This document shows positions 29,467-32,000 of a stretch of 32,000 bases of DNA, in pieces. A program made the translations under genes and the position numbers. The notes under the pieces were generated by a model. The model ran no database searches. It was given only the letters and a program-made list of their open reading frames with translations, and was not told the DNA's origin. The stretch lies in the NCBI GenBank assembly GCA_000008085.1, contig AE017199.1:330001-362000 (forward strand), read 5' to 3'. The DNA comes from Nanoarchaeum equitans Kin4-M (lineage in GTDB: Archaea; Nanobdellota; Nanobdellia; Nanobdellales; Nanoarchaeaceae). Positions within the stretch are counted from its first letter, which is position 1; each line of letters opens with the position of its first letter.

Positions 29467-30798
29467 TTATAGCTTTTGAACCAATTTATATAATAACCTA
29501 ACCCCAAACCCCGTTAATCCTTTGTATGCGCTTGGTATTGCCCTATTAGCTATCGCTGGCCCAGCGATATCTAAATGTAGGAATTTTTCTATAGGGCTAA
29601 ACTCTTTCAAAAATAGCCCTCCCTGGATTGCATGCGCTTCTCTCCCATTAGCATTCTTAATATCTGCTACAGCACTTTTTAATAATTCTCTATAACCTTC
29701 ATATAAAGGTAATTCCCATACCAATTCGTAGACTTCCTTTCCCGCTTCAATTGCTTTATTTACTAAATCTTTTTCCCCCATCGCTGCGGCGATTTCGTGG
29801 CCCAAAGCGATTATTTGTCCTCCTGTTAATGTTGAAACCTCTATTATGGCTTTTGGATTATATTTTGCACTATAAGCAATTGCATCTGCCAATGTTAATC
29901 TTCCTTCTGCGTCGGTATTAGTTACTTCAACAGTTTTCCCATTATAAGCCTTTATTATGTCATTAACTTTATAGGATTCTCCTGAAATAACATTTTCTGC
30001 TATAGGTATTAACGCAACTATTGGAATATCTTTTTTGTTTTTAGCTATTGCATATAGCGCCCCAATTACTGCGGCAGAACCGGACATGTCTCCATGCATA
30101 TTATACATATAATCTGTGGGCTTCAACGAATAACCTCCTGTATCAAAGGTTATTGCTTTCCCAACTAAAACAATAGGGTTGTCCTTTAAATTGTATTCTA
30201 AAATAACTAACCTTGGTTTGTATATACTGCCTTTGCCTACATAAACCAATAAGTTTAACCCTTCTCTTATTAAATCGTCGTAATGTAATACTTTTATATT
30301 TACAGGCAATCCCTTAAATATCTCGATTATTTTCTTTTCATATGTTTCAGGATTTAATACATTTGGGGGTTCGTTAGCTAAATCCCTAGCTAAATATTGT
30401 GCTTCCATTAATGTGATATATTCTTTTACCTTCTCTTTGTCATCGCAAATAAATTTTATTATTTTCTCTTGCTTTTCGCTTTTGTATCTATCAAATATAT
30501 AAGATGTAGAAAGAATCCCAATAATGGCTTTATCTTTGCTCTCTATTTCTCTTAAATCTATTATAAATTCTTTGAACGGACTATTTTTTATATATCTTCC
30601 TGCTAAGAAATAGGCTTTCCATTCGTCTTTTACATAAACTATTAGATAATCTCTATCTTTTTTTACAAAAATAGCATTATCTCTTTTAAAGAAATCTTCA
30701 TCAACATTAGCATAGCTTTTTACTGATTCCCTATCTTTAAAGAACTTTACTATCACTCCCCCATCCGCGTGGTCTGTTAAATAAAATTTGGTTGGCAT
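29467..30798 (-). CDS. pepA: leucyl aminopeptidase (M17 family)
   Basis: 443 aa. VGKAITFDTGGYSLKP and NTDAEGRLTLADAIAY active-site motifs. Confidence 0.9.
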   Translation of the reverse strand: MPTKFYLTDHADGGVIVKFFKDRESVKSYANVDEDFFKRDNAIFVKKDRDYLIVYVKDEWKAYFLAGRYIKNSPFKEFIIDLREIESKDKAIIGILSTSYIFDRYKSEKQEKIIKFICDDKEKVKEYITLMEAQYLARDLANEPPNVLNPETYEKKIIEIFKGLPVNIKVLHYDDLIREGLNLLVYVGKGSIYKPRLVILEYNLKDNPIVLVGKAITFDTGGYSLKPTDYMYNMHGDMSGSAAVIGALYAIAKNKKDIPIVALIPIAENVISGESYKVNDIIKAYNGKTVEVTNTDAEGRLTLADAIAYSAKYNPKAIIEVSTLTGGQIIALGHEIAAAMGEKDLVNKAIEAGKEVYELVWELPLYEGYRELLKSAVADIKNANGREAHAIQGGLFLKEFSPIEKFLHLDIAGPAIANRAIPSAYKGLTGFGVRLLYKLVQKL

Positions 30799-30844
30799 TA
30801 ATTAATTTGATGTTATTTTATAAAAGGGTTTTTTATTATTATGT

Positions 30845-31135
30845 ATGATGAAGAAAAAATTCGAAGAAGCATTAACCAAATTCGAAGAGTTTGGGTTGGT
30901 AACATTAGCATTAGCATTCGTTTTTTTGGTTTTAGTATTGTATCCATTGTTTATGGGAGTAGCTTTTGCTTTTGTAGGGTTAGTTTTTAACAATATACCT
31001 TATGCACATAATGCAATAGTTTATACATTAAAGCAATTTGGCTTAGATTTTACTAATAAGTTAGATTATCTAGGATTCTTCGCTGGGGTACTATTGGCAT
31101 ACCTTTCAATATTAGTAGGAGAATTCCGAAGATGA
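30845..31135 (+). CDS. hypothetical small membrane protein
   Basis: 96 aa with 2-3 TM helices. Coupled (ATGA) to the next ORF. No fixed-distance TATA box. Confidence 0.45.
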   Translation: MMKKKFEEALTKFEEFGLVTLALAFVFLVLVLYPLFMGVAFAFVGLVFNNIPYAHNAIVYTLKQFGLDFTNKLDYLGFFAGVLLAYLSILVGEFRR

Positions 31136-31713
31136 TCGAGATATTAATAGCAATATTAGATATAGTTTTATCTATTTGGAACGCTTACGCTTCAGGGTAT
31201 AATAGTGTATTGCTAAGAAAATTAGAGTTTTCTAACGATTGGAAGATAACCCTATTCAGTATAGCGAACCAGTTTGCTTTAGTCTTAGCATTTGCTGGCG
31301 CAACATATGGTACAGCAATAATATTAGGATATATATTAATGTATTTGCATTATATTAGCTATAAAGCGCTAATCGCTTTATTGTCGCTAAACAATTTAGT
31401 TTTTGGAGGTTTAATAGTATTCACTGGTATAGTTATTACTATACAATCCATAGTGCAAGCATCAGTAACTAAAAAAGCTATAGATATTGGAGTGGCGATA
31501 TATAACACTATAGCGTCTTTGTTTAACCTAATACAATACATACAAGCTTTCCCCGCTTTAACAGAAACCTGGAACGAAAGCGAAGAAGAAAACAAAAACC
31601 AAGCGTTAATAGTATTAGCCTTAGCTGCTTTTATTGGAATAGTATTAACATTTTATGCCTATAAGATGGGAAGAGAAAAAGCATTAAAAGAAATAAATTA
31701 TTCAATCGCATAA
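31132..31713 (+). CDS. hypothetical polytopic membrane protein
   Basis: 193 aa with about 5 TM helices and an acidic loop NESEEENKN. Confidence 0.5.
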   Translation: MIEILIAILDIVLSIWNAYASGYNSVLLRKLEFSNDWKITLFSIANQFALVLAFAGATYGTAIILGYILMYLHYISYKALIALLSLNNLVFGGLIVFTGIVITIQSIVQASVTKKAIDIGVAIYNTIASLFNLIQYIQAFPALTETWNESEEENKNQALIVLALAAFIGIVLTFYAYKMGREKALKEINYSIA

Positions 31714-32000
31714 TTTATTGCTTCTCTTAGATTTTTAACAGGTATTATAGTGAAATTAAATTGTTTAAAATATTGGACCAAATCTATTTGCTTTGGCTCT
31801 AATACCATTGTACAAGTTTTTATCCCTAATATTGTGTGGCACTTCTCTTTATACAAATAAACAGTATAATATCTGTTTTGCCACGGTATTATAAAGCAAT
31901 TGTATTTTTGCATAACTGCTTTGGCTTTTTCTATTATACCCCCAACAGGGTAAACATTACCATAACTATCTACTACTCCTGTGGCAACACAATTTTTTAG
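31698..32000 (-). CDS. Lon-type (S16) protease, C-terminal fragment; the gene continues beyond the window end
   Basis: The frame is open from 32000: LKNCVATGVVDSYGNVYPVGGIIEKAKAV-MQKYNCFIIPWQN...IIPVKNLREAINYAI matches the Lon proteolytic-domain pattern TGE..G.V.PVGG..EK..AA...G....IIP..N, with the catalytic Lys in GGIIEK. The track ORF (31698..31913) is only its tail. Confidence 0.65.
   Translation of the reverse strand, partial: LKNCVATGVVDSYGNVYPVGGIIEKAKAVMQKYNCFIIPWQNRYYTVYLYKEKCHTILGIKTCTMVLEPKQIDLVQYFKQFNFTIIPVKNLREAINYAIE

Noticed and set aside
30845-30851. Perfect C-box-like AUGAUGA at the start of the 30845 ORF, and other UGAUGA/AUGAAGA strings at 9689, 13931, 19036, 23093(-), 24170(-) and 30697(-)
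   Set aside because: No CUGA or CAGA lies 12-13 nt downstream and there is no second box pair. They are ordinary Met-Met/Met-Lys or Asp-Glu coding strings.
167-31595. Other short antisense or overlapping track ORFs. These are: 167-454, 1867-2055, 2422-2610, 3978-4334, 4519-4737, 5152-5391, 6125-6475, 8755-9066, 10674-10958, 13225-13560, 13305-13574, 14376-14741, 14930-15187, 15431-15727, 15917-16141, 16507-16701, 16736-16927, 18546-18875, 19235-19660, 19911-20108, 22577-22798, 23573-23827, 23895-24173, 24363-24557, 24743-24970, 26915-27100, 30802-30993 and 31359-31595.
   Set aside because: Each lies inside, and antisense or out of frame to, a longer ORF with recognisable motifs or better context. 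Their composition is hydrophobic and low-complexity, as expected from the reverse strand of Lys/Glu-rich genes. None has the fixed-distance promoter box.
1-32000. Search for CRISPR repeats, IS or transposon ends, integrases, rRNA, inteins, tRNA introns, toxin-antitoxin pairs or known defence-system genes
   Set aside because: I saw no direct or inverted repeats longer than promoter boxes, no recombinase, transposase, Cas or nuclease-helicase defence signatures, and no rRNA-like GC-rich blocks beyond the RNAs listed. The AAA+/vWA pair is the only module resembling accessory systems, and it looks like a MoxR/ChlI-ChlD type pair.

Overview
This is an AT-rich (about 30% GC), very gene-dense archaeal chromosome segment. 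It holds about 40 protein genes, almost no intergenic DNA, and many gene overlaps of 1-80 nt. The only GC-rich islands are structural RNAs. Protein content is mostly informational or housekeeping. It includes ribosomal proteins uS5, eL21 and eL41; aIF5A with deoxyhypusine synthase; aIF2-alpha; TyrRS; MetAP; RNAP subunits Rpo4/F and Rpo12/P; Mre11; Hef; EndoIII; primase; Taw1; a SPOUT methyltransferase; prefoldin; A/V-ATPase subunit I; an M17 aminopeptidase; and the C-terminus of a Lon-type protease. There is also an AAA+/vWA pair, two proteins of about 1000 aa that look surface-exposed, and several small membrane proteins. RNA genes I can support from structure: one intact tRNA-Thr(GGU); two unrelated tRNA half-genes (a Glu(CUC) 5' half and a 3' half with a U72-type acceptor strand); a two-hairpin H/ACA guide RNA; and three 50-nt C/D box sRNAs. 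Two small CDS missing from the ORF track are rpl41e and rpoP. An NNTTTAAA box sits at a fixed -28..-21 before about 20 RNA 5' ends and start codons, which implies leaderless tRNAs and leaderless mRNAs, and this revises several start codons. Together, the split tRNAs, the fixed-distance tRNA promoters, the stand-alone halves of GatE and of an Lhr-type helicase, and a fused PriS-PriL primase match what is published for Nanoarchaeum equitans (Waters et al. 2003; Randau et al. 2005, 2008). I cannot run a database search, so organism identity is inference, and several 'unusual' items may already be described there. I saw no CRISPR array, mobile element, rRNA or recognisable defence system. The least explained parts are the AAA+/vWA junction, the operon joining a mini PEP-utilising-type enzyme, aIF2-alpha, a giant pilin-signal protein and DHS, and the unresolved 3' tRNA half.
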